DNA of 64,000 nt from Paragordius varius (taxonomy: Eukaryota; Animalia; Nematomorpha). The translations under genes were made by a program, and so were the position numbers. Within the stretch, counting starts at the first letter, position 1. Every line of letters begins with the position of its first letter. Positions 51,989 through 64,000 of the stretch are shown piece after piece. The stretch is taken from contig OZ176054.1 of the NCBI GenBank assembly GCA_964247055.1, positions 7,626,001 through 7,690,000 on the forward strand, written 5' to 3'. The notes below the pieces were generated by a model. That model was not told the origin of the DNA and did not search any database. It worked only from the letters and a program-made list of their open reading frames with translations.

Positions 51989-54900
51989 GAGTTTGCCACC
52001 AAATTATACCTCTTTACTTTACTTTGCAACCTTATATTTAAAAAATTAATATTTGGATGTATTTCACAATAAAATATTTGTCTATAGATATACGTTAATT
52101 TTCAGATAATCATTTTTATAATTTTTTACTATATACACAATGCATTTTTACTCATTCTATATACAAGTTCATGTATTGTTTTAGATAATTTTACTCTCGC
52201 CAAACCAAATACCAAGTAATTTATACCATAATTAATTTTGCAATAATTTATCATATTTTATCGAAAAAAATAGTTGTTTACTTTCACTTTAGATGAGATT
52301 TAAATTTTATACGACATAATTTTAGTAAAAATCAAAGTCGTATTTAAAAAAGGAAATTATTTAACTAAATATTTAATAAGCTATCAAATCGTTTAAATCT
52401 ATAATTTTTAACTTTATACACTAATTATACAAATTTAACTCCTGTTTAATAGATTATCTCAACCAAATTCAAATGACAACAATAATGATATTAATACCAA
52501 TAACCATATTATTGATAAAAATCAAAACGATTTTACCGATAAAAAAGAAAATGACAACCACCCATCTAACGTAAATGCTGCACGGAAAAAACAAATTAAT
52601 GATTTTAATCGCAAAGCGGATGTACATAATGGCGCAGAATCCGCCAAGGCCTATTATCGTTTTAAAGAGCGGATTTGGAAATTTGATGCACGTGATTACA
52701 GTAAAGTATTTTGTGGTCATTGCAACACAACGACTGATATTAAGGAAGCCAATTTTTATGGAAGGTAGATAGATTAGTTTTATTATTGCGCTTTAACTAA
52801 GTGCTAATTAATTATCATTGATTTTTGTGCATGGTAGTTTCACATGAATGATCTTCCATTAAGATTTTGACTTTTTTCAAAGTCTGTTTCTCACTGTTTA
52901 ATGATAATTTTGTGTCATATACTTTTATCTTCAAGGTTTTTTGATTTATTGATTTCAAAAAATATTCTTGATTATATAAATACTTATTTGTCGCTCTGGT
53001 CTTTTTCCCATAATTTACCATCAAAAGCCATGTAAATGGGAAATTTTTTTACATCGATTCCTTTGTTACACTTTTATATTTCAAAATTAACGTTGATTCT
53101 CTTATAATTTTTTCTGTAAATTTATTACAGTGATGGACAATACATTATAGCCGGTTCAGATGATGGATTTTTTTTCGTTTGGGACAAAGCAACGACCAAC
53201 ATTTGCAAAATTCTGCTTGGAGACAAGGCCATTGTTAATTGCTTACAACCTCATCCGGTGGATTGTTCACTTACAACGAGCGGTATAGATCCACATATTC
53301 GAATTTGGTCACCGGTCGCTATAGAGGTGGACATTTTATTTAAATTTTTGGATAGTTTTCTAAAGTTTTTGTGAATTATTATTGTATGGATTAGTTCAGA
53401 AAATTTCGCAAAATAAAGGAATATTAATTTTATTTGATATTAATTTTTTTAGTGGCCTCCCGCTAAGGAAGACAAAGACGCAATTACCAGTGAATCAGGT
53501 ACATTTTATACAAAGAAAATATTATTTTTTTGGCAGAGCACGCTAAATTTTTCTAGGAAAACCGAGTTTGGGATATGTATAATTTGGCCTCCCTATTAAA
53601 GATTGATTTTTATAATGCACCACGAACCTAGTTAATAATTAGTGGTTTTTGACATATACAGTAAAAAGGAAATTAAACCGACAAAATAACTTAAAAGATA
53701 AATATTTTTTAAAAAAGACAACCATACTTTTTAAACCTTGATAATTTTTATCTATAAATTATTAATGACACGTATAAATGAATATGTGAAGAATTAACAG
53801 GTCAATGTCACATATTCATGGATCATAAAACATGGTTAGATTGTCTTTTAAAATTTGTCGTTTAGTTTTTGTTTGTCTTCATCATAAATATTGTCCTCAA
53901 AAATGGGTTAATATGGTCACCTAATTCTAGCTGAAAATATTATAACTTCTAATTGGGAATTATAGGCTAAACTATGCATTTTTTTAACTCTTTTCTATAT
54001 TAGTTTTAATTGCGTTTACATTATAATGTTCATTTTAATCTGTATTAACTATTCTATTCATCAATTTTTCTAAAATATTAAAGAAAACTGTCGTGTTTTT
54101 CAAAGTAAGTATTAATTAATCCTCACTTGTTCACATATGATCTTAAAAACCGTATACCTTTTTAAATTTTTTAACATAAGCTAAATGAGACATATTTTAA
54201 AATAAATTTTTTAGTAAGGACTTACGATTTGAGAGATGTTATGATGGATTCGGAAGCCAATAACAGTGATTACGATAATGATGTTGAATTTTATTACAGT
54301 ACTTCAACGCTTAATATGGAACCGTCAATTCGAGAAAATAGAAGACAATTCCATGCAGCACTTAGGCAAGGTTCCTCATCAGTCACAAATTATTCGGCAT
54401 TTTTGTCACATCTTAATACAAACACCTCCTCTAATTCTACTACAAACACGCCCCATAATGACACAACGAGTTTGAATTTATTTTTTCTGTTTTCTTTCTT
54501 ATTGTGATTGGATCTTTTGATTTTATAATTTTTTTTTGAAAAGGTATAAAATTGAAATTTATCGTTTTTAAATTTTATCTATTACTCTCTAATAAATAGT
54601 TAATAATTTTTTGAACTTTTTGCAGGAATTTCAAGCTTGACGAGTGATATGTCTGTGGAAGAAGCCACAGCCCTCTCCAATCAACGCAGAATGCAAGCTG
54701 ATCCCATTGAACTCATGTTAATGAGCATGGGTTATCACCTAACATCTAACCATAACCATGGCACAGAAAACAATCGCAATACAACTAATAATAGCAATAA
54801 TACAGTAACGATTTAAATTATGCAAAAAAATGTTTTTATAAAGGATAGGCATACTTTTTTAACCCTAAATATATTTTAAACAAAACCTATCGTTTTGGGA

Positions 54901-56997
54901 TTCAAAATAAGAAATTGAGATATGAATGGATAAACACCATACAACAGTAATAAGCTAACAGGTATGGGTGTTTTTTTTAAAAAATAATTGTCTTTTATAC
55001 GTTATTTCAATTTTTACTGTAATAATAAAAATAATAATATCCAGGTGAATTCTGGATCCGCCTCCATAAATAGAGCTAATCGAAGAAGCACTGAAAATAT
55101 GAATAGCAATTCAACTCCAAGGACTGAAGATGTTTATCAGGAACGAGGGGCTAATAATACGGGACCACAAAATAGTAGAGAAAACACCGGTAGGCAAGAA
55201 GTTACAAATAACACTCTGAATAATGAGAATGTTGGTGAAAGAGAAGGTAGGGATTTTATGTGATTTTTAGTTAAATTTATCATTTTATTAAAATTTTGGG
55301 GAGTTTATAATTGGTTTTTTTTGATCGATAAATAACCACAGAATACTTGGTATTATAATAGATGGTGGTTTTTGAATATTAATGATGGTAAAAATATGTA
55401 ACAAGATCATTGAATCTTAAAATTTCTCTGAGAATATTATATGGAATTTAGGATAGCGTTTTATCTGTCCATTAAGATTTATTAACTTAAAGTATTTGTA
55501 AATTTTTGTATATGAATGTTTTATGAGAGATAAATGTAGCAGGCGCCTGATTTTTCGTTTAAATCATAAGGTTGGTTATTATTTCAGAACTTTTTAAACA
55601 AGCATACCATATATTTATAGTTGAGTAATCCATTTTTTTTCGAAAACATAATTTTTTTCTTTATATTATATTAGAATATTTTGAATCCATTATAAGAAGT
55701 GTATAAGAAATGTTTTTAGATTGAAATATATACACATTTTTTCAACCAAATCAATCCTTTTTGCAATAGTCCCTTAATTTTTATTTAATTTTATCCCTAT
55801 TTTTTCAATTTTTCGTCAAAATATTTAACCTAAATTTCTTTTGCAGTAAAATTTAAATTAAAACCCCTCATGATTTTTGTTCCGAAACTTGAACATTTAT
55901 GAAATTGGAAAAATAAAATATTACTTATTAACATTTTAATGCTTAAAATTTTTTAATAATGTTTTAACTAATTAAAAACAGATGATAAGTGTTAAGTTTG
56001 ATTAGTAAACTGTTAAATTCGTTGAAAAAATATTTAGTTTGATTGCTAAAATGGTAGTTTTTTATCTGTATTTTACAAAAAGAATAATTTAACCCATGTA
56101 TGTTTCATTTCAATTTTTCCCTTATATTTAAATTATTTCAGTTTTTTATAAACTTATAGATCCTCAATCCGATTCAAGATCATCCGATACTTCTCACTCA
56201 ACATGCACTGAATTAGAAGAAATACGGTATAAATTCGTTTTATCAAATTTTAATTTCATGATTTAATTATTAATAACTAAAAATATATTTGCCTTAAAAT
56301 ATAATAAATTACAGGAAAAGGATTAAAAAACGTAAAAATTAAAAACAAATCTAAGACAACTTATATTTTTTAAGCGTTGTGTGTTGCAAAGTGAATAATA
56401 GAGATGTAAATTGGTATTTTATATATTATTAGATCATAATCATAAAATTATATAGAAAAATGAATATTTAAAAAATGTATGGCCTCTTTATAAAATAAAT
56501 ATTGGCATTTAATTTTTATGCTTTTCATAAATTTTACTCAAATGTAATTTTGATAAATTTATTTATTTTGATTTACACATACATTAGAAATGTCATGGAA
56601 AGTGTTTGTAATGAAAATGTGATGGATGCAGAAAATGATTATGATATTTCGAATGGTATGATAATTTTTGTAAAATTTTCGATTAAATTTTTATTTGATT
56701 GGGAATTGTATATGATTTACTTTAATCATTTCTTTCAAAATTTTTAAATGACGTTTTAAATATTATAAGGATTTCACATGAACTTGTTAGCGACAAAACA
56801 TAATTTTTGGCTTGTTATTTCTCAATTATCATATCCCTAATATTTATTATTCACCCCTTGTAATCATATTTGAAATTGTATTTTTTGTGTTAGATTATCA
56901 TGAAAGCCGAAATTTTGATGATTCTGATTCTAATGAGAGCGAAGAAGGTCGAGGGACCATTTATGATTCGGCCACTGTTCAATGTCGAACCAATTAA
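42973..56997 (+). CDS. WDTC1: WD40 and TPR repeat protein WDTC1 (adipose/DCAF9), ~1367 aa; 22 exons: 42973-43029, 43057-43299, 43359-43678, 44275-44456, 45007-45209, 45594-45654, 48609-48812, 49098-49265, 49927-49978, 50049-50696, 50956-51067, 51436-51829, 52185-52215, 52453-52764, 53131-53326, 53453-53498, 54215-54469, 54626-54804, 55045-55246, 56160-56226, 56588-56655, 56894-56997
   Basis: Motifs GHKGCVNCLEWN...LASGSDD, TYVTYSPDGTELLVNLGGEQ, TPR (LYCNRALALIKRNW|DGD), FCGHCNTTTDIKEANFYG, NQRRMQADPIELMLMSMGY and C-terminal VQCRTN. Exon phases are mutually compatible (4104 nt). The small low-complexity exons are less certain. Confidence 0.92.
45800..48450 (-). mobile_element. Nested or degenerate RTE-clade LINE fragments inside WDTC1 intron 6
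   Basis: Fragments IPIYKCKG, FGFSKNKGTIDAIFIIRQLQ, YLGDTL, AMRPALTYASECW and Cys/His-rich segments (KCTKCQLWVHKK...FVCKAC), all antisense to the host gene. Confidence 0.8.
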
Positions 56998-59310
56998 TAA
57001 AATTAATTTTGAAAAAAAATAATGATATTAAAAATTTATTTCAAAAGTATATGATATAAAATATAGCTTTGAAAAGCTTAATTTATACTGGAGTTAATAA
57101 ACCTATAAGAATTATGATTATATTCTTATTTAGCACTTTATATTTATATTATATTAGTATAGAGGAAAATAAATTGAAAATAATGTTTAAAATTAATGTG
57201 GTATTCAGCAAATATTTAGATGTGTTTTGATGAATCATATACTCTGTGTTTCTTCCATATATAAATACAAAAATGTAATATATTGATAACGATCGAGTTA
57301 AATTCTTAATAAAGGTAAATTAATTTTTGCTGTTAATTGTATTGCGATTGAGAGTTCTTTAAATATATTTTATTGTCCTTATAAAAATATGATGACCTTT
57401 AACTTAAATTTTATTTTAATTTAGCGTTCTAAAAGTTTGGAACAGGTATTAACACCGTTATTTTTTCGAAATTATTGATTTAATAATCTTGTCACGATTT
57501 GGGCCCGCATTCGGAAATCTATATTTTGCAAAAATATGGCTCACAAAATGGTAGTAGGATTGATATTTTTTAAACAAATTTTCTGATCAAGTCTATCCCA
57601 TTGGCAATAAATTATTAAAAATTGTTATATTATGTTTGCATTACAGTCTGTTATTTAATAAAATATTGATGAAAATATATATCTGAAATGCGGCCCGCGA
57701 AACCACATTCTTCATGTTGGAAACCCCTGCAATAAGTCATACATAGTGATATTTTTGTCAGGCAAAAAATTCAATCTCTTAGGTTTACTGGTATGTAGTT
57801 AAATAAGGCAGCGATTTCGAAAAATTAGGCTACAAGTAGTTACAAGTCAAATTCTTTTTTGGCGGACGATTTTCCCAACACCACTTTGTATTTATTTTAA
57901 GCGAAGTCATTTTATCAAAAAATGTAAAGGACTGATTATTTGTTAAGATTTAGCTTAAAATATATTTTTTATTGCAAACATTTTTCGGGTATTCTAAAAC
58001 GAAAACACCCTTTTTTAGAAGAAATTAATCTTCTTAAATTGGTGTTTAAAATCTATTTAAACCACTGCATTATAAAAAATTAATATTCCAATTAAACACA
58101 TCTATACCAGACCAACATTGAACAAAATTATAAGCAATGGCATTCATTACATAAGCCGTTTTGGTAATTTTTTATATAGTGCTACATTTATCCCGATTTT
58201 TTTGCCGTTTTATGTCGACTAATAATTACTAAAATATTTTAGTTCATAAATATGATTAACAGAATATTTATGCGGGGTATGTCTTAAGAGGTTTGATTGT
58301 TGTTATAATCTGTTATTTTCTTCAATTAACACTTTATGATCTTTAGGGATACTTTTATATACCAGAGCGATTTGAAATTTGAATATCTTAAAAAGTATTT
58401 AAGATATAGGCCGAATTAAAAAATATGCTTTCTTTAGCCTTTTAGTCGCATTATACAATTTTTTTTAAAAAATGTATTGTTAAAAAATTCTCATCTCAAA
58501 CTTTTTCGTCGCTATTTTTTTCCTACAATATTTTTTATCGCTAATAAAATAGGCAAATAAATGCGTATTTTGGTTAGAGAGTGTAAATAATTAACTTTAA
58601 TCACATTTCAAGTTGCATTTTACTAGCAAAATATTTGTTGATTTAAAAATCAGCTGTTTAGTTGAATCATGTTTTGGGCTGTCCCAATTTTAGACTTTAG
58701 CAGCTACAAAACTAAAAATAAGCTTTCTATCTAATATAGAAAAATGATGTTTAAATTTTAATAATAAATCACAAAACTTCATTTACAAGGTGGAGCTTGG
58801 GATATAAAACTACCCCAATATGTCATCGCGGACAAAAAAGTAAAAACGTCATAAAGGGTTAAATAAACTAGGTGATATTATCTTTATATTTAACTTAACC
58901 AGCCGTCTATGTTTAATTTTTTTAATTTGTGTCAAATGGATTGAATACCATCTCTTTAACGTTTAATAATTGTCCTAATAGGCAGCGCTGACTTTTAAAA
59001 CCATCTAAAAATAAGAATATAATCGGTCAAAAAAGCATCGATGTAAAACAAATAGTTTTTTAGAAAAGATTGGGATTTTCATGTAATTAATCCCCAATTA
59101 ATCACATAAATCTAAAATATCTAAATAACATTTATTAGCAGTTTTAAAAAATGCTCATTGAATTACATTTTTATATTATTATTCGGGATTCTTAATTTTG
59201 AACCAAATAACTATAGTAAATTAGTTTACATTATAATTTTTTTAAAACTTTCCAAAATTAATTAATTTTTACCTTTACCCCGGTTTTTAAATGAAATCGT
59301 ACTTGTCAAG

Positions 59311-59678
59311 CAGTGGCGTACCGAGCATCTGCGGCGCCCGGGACATAAAACTTTTATGGCGCCCTTCCCCCCTTTTTTTAAAAGCGAATAAAACAATTTA
59401 GTAAAAAAAAATACAAACGTTGCAACCTAAACACCATAGATAAGACAGCACAGTCATATAAATTCTAAATCTATTAAATATATATATTTATATGATACTA
59501 AATTTATTCAATGGTACAAATTAGGTGAATAATTAGGGATTACTACCTAAATTGCTGAAAAATCTCATTTGAAAGTTCTTATTATTTTTGCATAATTAAA
59601 ATTTAATTTCAAAAAATCATTCCTAAATAACGGCGCCCGGGGCATGATGCACCCCCTTGCCCCCCCCTCGGTACCCTG
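59311..59678. mobile_element. hAT-type MITE with 8-bp TSD
   Basis: Left CAGTGGCGTACCGAG, right CTCGGTACCCTG; flanks TTGTCAAG/TAGTCAAG. A related partial copy follows (to ~60008). Confidence 0.7.
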
Positions 59679-62402
59679 TAGTCAAGTGTTTATAATACCA
59701 CTGCAAGGCGTCTTTTGCATTTATGGAGCCCCCCTCGCCCTCCATGCGACACCTTGCATTCAAAAAAATAATAAAATTCAAACCGTTTCCTTTTGGGAAT
59801 ATTTTACTGTGTCTATAAATGGTCGCACCAGTCCTATCACTAATTTATTTAATCCTTTTCGAATTTAATTGATTTTTTAAATCTATTATTTGAATTATAA
59901 TTTTGATTACCTATTTTTTGAAATAAAATTAAAAGAAAATTAAAATCTGGCGCCCCTTCAACTATGGCGCCCGGTGCATCAGACCCTTTCCTTCCCCTAG
60001 CTACGCCTCAATATCACTAATTTTTGCAGCTTTTGAAGTCTTAGTATTTTCTCGTTAATTAAATTGATGTTTTTTAGCATTTTACCACATTAAACATAAC
60101 TATTTTTTGTCAAAATTTTTTATTCATTGTTGTGAAAAATTTGAAATAAACATCCTTTGGCAATTTTTTTGAGGTATGTCCATCTCACATAAAATATTTG
60201 TGTTTTGTTCGAGCGAATTCGCTTGTAGTATAATTAAATAGATTTATTAACTCTACTTTTTAATTAAATTTTTCATACCATCTTTCATAACCTTAATTTA
60301 TAGTTAGGTGCACAATTTTTTCTTATCAAATTACACAAAACTGTATAAATGTTTTAAATTGTGTTTTATATTGTGTACAGATTAGTTAATTAGGTAATAT
60401 GTATTATTTTTTTATTTTTCTAAGGTAAGGAATGATTAGGAAAAAATAAAAAAAAATACATAAATTTTATTATTAATACATTGTTTAGCGATATTCTCAG
60501 CCGATTAAGCTTTATTAAATTAGTTGTTTGTGGAGAAAACAAGAAATATTTATAAAAAATATATATTTTCGCACCTTATTTTTTACATTTTTTTGTTTTT
60601 TCTTTAAAGTATATTTTGTGACGCAACAAATACCGTTATTAGAAGTATTACATTCCTGATTTTCATTATATATATATATAGATATTTATGCCGCAAAATA
60701 GCTTATATTCCATAATTACAGAAAGTTTAATATAATCAAACATTTCCCACTCCTAGTTAAAAAGCAAAATAGCCAGATAATTTATATTATAATTCAATTT
60801 TTTTGAAAAAATTCAAGTTTATTCCCTCGCTGTGACTTTTTTGACTAAGGAAATATATATATATATATACCTTACTAAATTGCATCTTGAATCAATCCAA
60901 TATTCCCTATTGTTACTAAGCATTTAATGGTACACCATCAGAAAAAAGCAGTAATTATGTAACAATTTTTTTACTCTACAGAAGAAATTGACTTACCTGG
61001 AAAAAAATTATTAATTTTTATAATCCATAACAACAATAAATGTATGTTTTACCTATGTATAAAGTGGAATTTTAAATGAGGAATCAAGCATGATTTCTTC
61101 AATTTACTCCTCCTTCCTTATATAGAGAAGAAAGTTATGCGCACATATAATTTAATTATGTTTTATGATATTTATTATTTGATAAATTACAAATATTATT
61201 AATAAATCGAAGAAAGTTATTTTATATTATGCTGGAAACGTTTAAATATCATATGACGCCAACGCAATTATATGTGCTATCGAAAATGTTATTTCATAAA
61301 TGTTAAATTTGAATGAATTTTATTTTCGCTATCTTAAATCCCCAAAATTATAATCGAATTCCTTTGGAAAAAATACCGATTTTTCAGAAAAATGAAATAT
61401 ATATTCCTCTAATGACATAAATAATGGTTAAACCGCCCAATAACAATAAAAATATGGTTTTTAAGAAAGAGGTAATTGATTCTTGAATTAACTATTTTCA
61501 TATAAGTTCTGAACATTTTTAATTTCAACTATCTATATTTTAATTTAATATAAGTTTTTTATAATGTCAAAATTTGTTTTATTGGTATGATGATACCTGT
61601 AACATATGGCGAAAAAAAACAAATTATTAAAATTTCGCTTAATGATTAATATTAATTTTAATTATTAAATTTATGGGAAAACTTTTTTCATACCATATGC
61701 TACTGATATGTTACGTAATTTAGATAAATTTATTTAGATATCATTTTCATTGTACTGATTTTTACGCATTTTAGTCTACTAACCTGATATTTAGTCAGTT
61801 AAAATAAAATAATACATGAAATATTAAAATAAAAATTATTAAAATAAAAAATATTAAATTTGTTAATAAGCCATGTGAATCACAGTAGCAATATGAAAAT
61901 ATCGTGACTGTCAACAATTATTATAGTTTTTTAGAAAATTAAGTTTTTAAATTTTTGATATAATTAAAATTATTTTTCAGAGATTTAATTTCAAAATGAA
62001 ACATTCTTAAAACACCAAAATTTTATTATTATTATTGATTTTACCTTACAAATAAAATATTTAAAGTTATTATAATTTATTCAGAAGAGAGAGAGTTCAT
62101 TTACCATAGTTTTCCTATGTATTTAGTAATGCATAAGATCGCAAATTTTATGTTCCTTGTAAGAAAAACAGAATTCTTGGCATTTGAAATTTATTTATTT
62201 ATAATATAAATGGTTATATTTAGAATTTACAATTAACTATTAATTTTTGATCAAATTTATCTAAAGTATAGCAGTCAGAAATAAAAATAAAACTCTAATT
62301 GTAAAGCCTTTTTGAAATATAATTAACCACAGTCTTACACATAATCCTTAAATCTTTCGAGAGGTGTTATATAATAATTAGGCAATTTCCCTAATTTTAT
62401 AG

Positions 62403-63663
62403 GTTTTTTCACCGATGGAAGATGTGACAGATATCACGGAGTTGCGAAATATATTTCAACAAATCGTGCAAGATGTATATTCCAAAAATTATGGGTTTCG
62501 TTTAACGGAAACGGATGCCAATAAAATCAAGACACTAATAGGTAATATTTGACAAGACAAGACTAAAATTAATGTTAAACATTAAGGTGCTAGTTGATAA
62601 AAATCAAACCTAAATCTTATAAAATATTTTCTTTAAGCATTTATATGTGATATAGGGAGGAATTAAAAGGTAAATATTCTAACTTCAAAATCTAATTAGA
62701 TGGTGTTTTAACCTATAAAATGTTAGATGATGATGGCATATTACTAAAATAATTTAATGCCTAGCAATTTTTTTTACCGTATGCATTTATACACATATAA
62801 TATTAAATTTAATTAAAACTCTATTCAATACTCAGATTTTAAATAATTTGATGTAAATTATGAAAGAACACGAATTTAAAAAATATTTGTTGAATTTCAT
62901 AAATTATAAAAGTTAATTTTAATAGGTTTATCAACTTTGTTTCCCAAGTTTTGCAAATTTATTATTGATAAAAAAAATAGTATTTTTCAATTTAAAATTT
63001 ATAAAACAAACTTTTACAAGTGTAGGATGTGGTTTGTTTTTAATGGTTATAATAAATATTAATTATAATTGTTATGTATATTTTATGTATTATATTATTT
63101 TGTGCTCTCAAAACACTAAAAGGTGAAATATCACGTATTCAGTCTCACTAACATCGTCTTTTTAAAAAAGAAAATGTATATATATAAACATTTTTTTTGA
63201 CATAAATTAACGCGACACATTAATTTTTTTTATTAAAAATATAGATAAATAGATATTTATAATACCATATATATTGCGCAGTCCTACGCCCATCGCAAAA
63301 ATTAAGGAGATATCATCAAATATATATATAATCATTTTTGAGCGAAAACATTTTCCCTTCACACATTTAAATTTGAACATTAAATTGAACACTTATCAAT
63401 ATTAAAAATCTATCATCAACTTATACACTATATCGGTGAAAAAGTGTTTTTACAATTCCCATACAAACCCAGTTAATTCCAAATGAATGAATTTCATAGT
63501 TATTAGCTAACAACAGAATTGCTTATTCATTTTTTGTTATTCGATAGAAAACAATGATATCAATATCGGCCAAATTGATAGTCTTAAACCATGCCAGCTA
63601 AAGGCTGTAATCAATGAAGCTAAAACATTCCCGTTCTATTTTACGCGATTTTTCCCCGTATCT
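62403..63663 (+). CDS. MYO15: Unconventional myosin XV-like tail (first FERM region), partial; exons 62403-62541 and 63548-63663
   Basis: VFSPMEDVTDITELRNIFQQIVQDVYSKNYGFRLTETDANKIKTLI|ENNDIN...KAVINEAKTFPFYFTRFFPVS resembles recalled Myo15 sequence (KEVFYP...LDLLFRQILHD...LRISEDER..MKAL...WEVYFSRIFP). GT-AG boundaries are phase-compatible. Confidence 0.7.
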
Positions 63664-64000
63664 GTAAGTCTTTTTGTTGTTTACTTATTCATTTGTGTAT
63701 AATTTTTTATACCGTTAAAAGGTTTTTTTGGGATTTTTAGGCAACTTTACTTAATCAATTGGGAAATTTTGAGACCGAGGACCCGTTGTAAATACTAAGT
63801 TTAAAATGCTGACATTTTAAGAATAAGTTTTTCATTCGACTCTGTTAGGATTTAACCATGTGGTTAGAATTATTTTTATACGAGGCCCTCTTTTCATCAA
63901 TTTTTTATAGGGTCCCCGAAAAGTTTAGGTTGTATGCAATTAGCACGTGAGTAAAAATATTATTTTTTCACGACTTCCTCTAAATTATTTCCACGCTATC

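Noticed and set aside
60990-61010. Minus-strand TTTTTTTCCAG|GTAAGT resembling a recursive splice site
   Set aside because: No minus-strand gene spans it. It is the antisense of a candidate plus-strand exon (EIDLPGKK, 60982-61041, after a possible 31-nt intron) that I could not link downstream without a stop.

Overview
Very AT-rich animal (metazoan) genomic DNA with intron-containing genes; the ORF track misses most of them. Reconstructed by hand: a 5'-partial TCF/LEF gene (minus, runs off the left edge, ~10 kb intron); a complete 10-exon mitochondrial 3-ketoacyl-CoA thiolase (ACAA2, minus); a 189-bp x4 tandem array; an apparently intact 1962-bp Tc1/IS630-like transposon; SmD3 (minus); decayed RTE-clade LINEs and several MITE/foldback elements; a MAGE/NSE3 gene (minus) whose start codon is 23 bp from that of a 22-exon WDTC1 gene (plus); and myosin-XV-like tail exons at the right edge with no visible motor domain. 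The main signal is a class of ultra-short (22-30 nt) GT-AG introns. I found 11 of them in 3 host genes and in the transposase, alongside introns of up to ~10 kb. The transposase becomes one 395-aa ORF only after four 22-26 nt introns are removed, and it has an unusual DD30E triad. All exon models are manual; no searches or alignments were run, and homology statements rest on recalled sequences.
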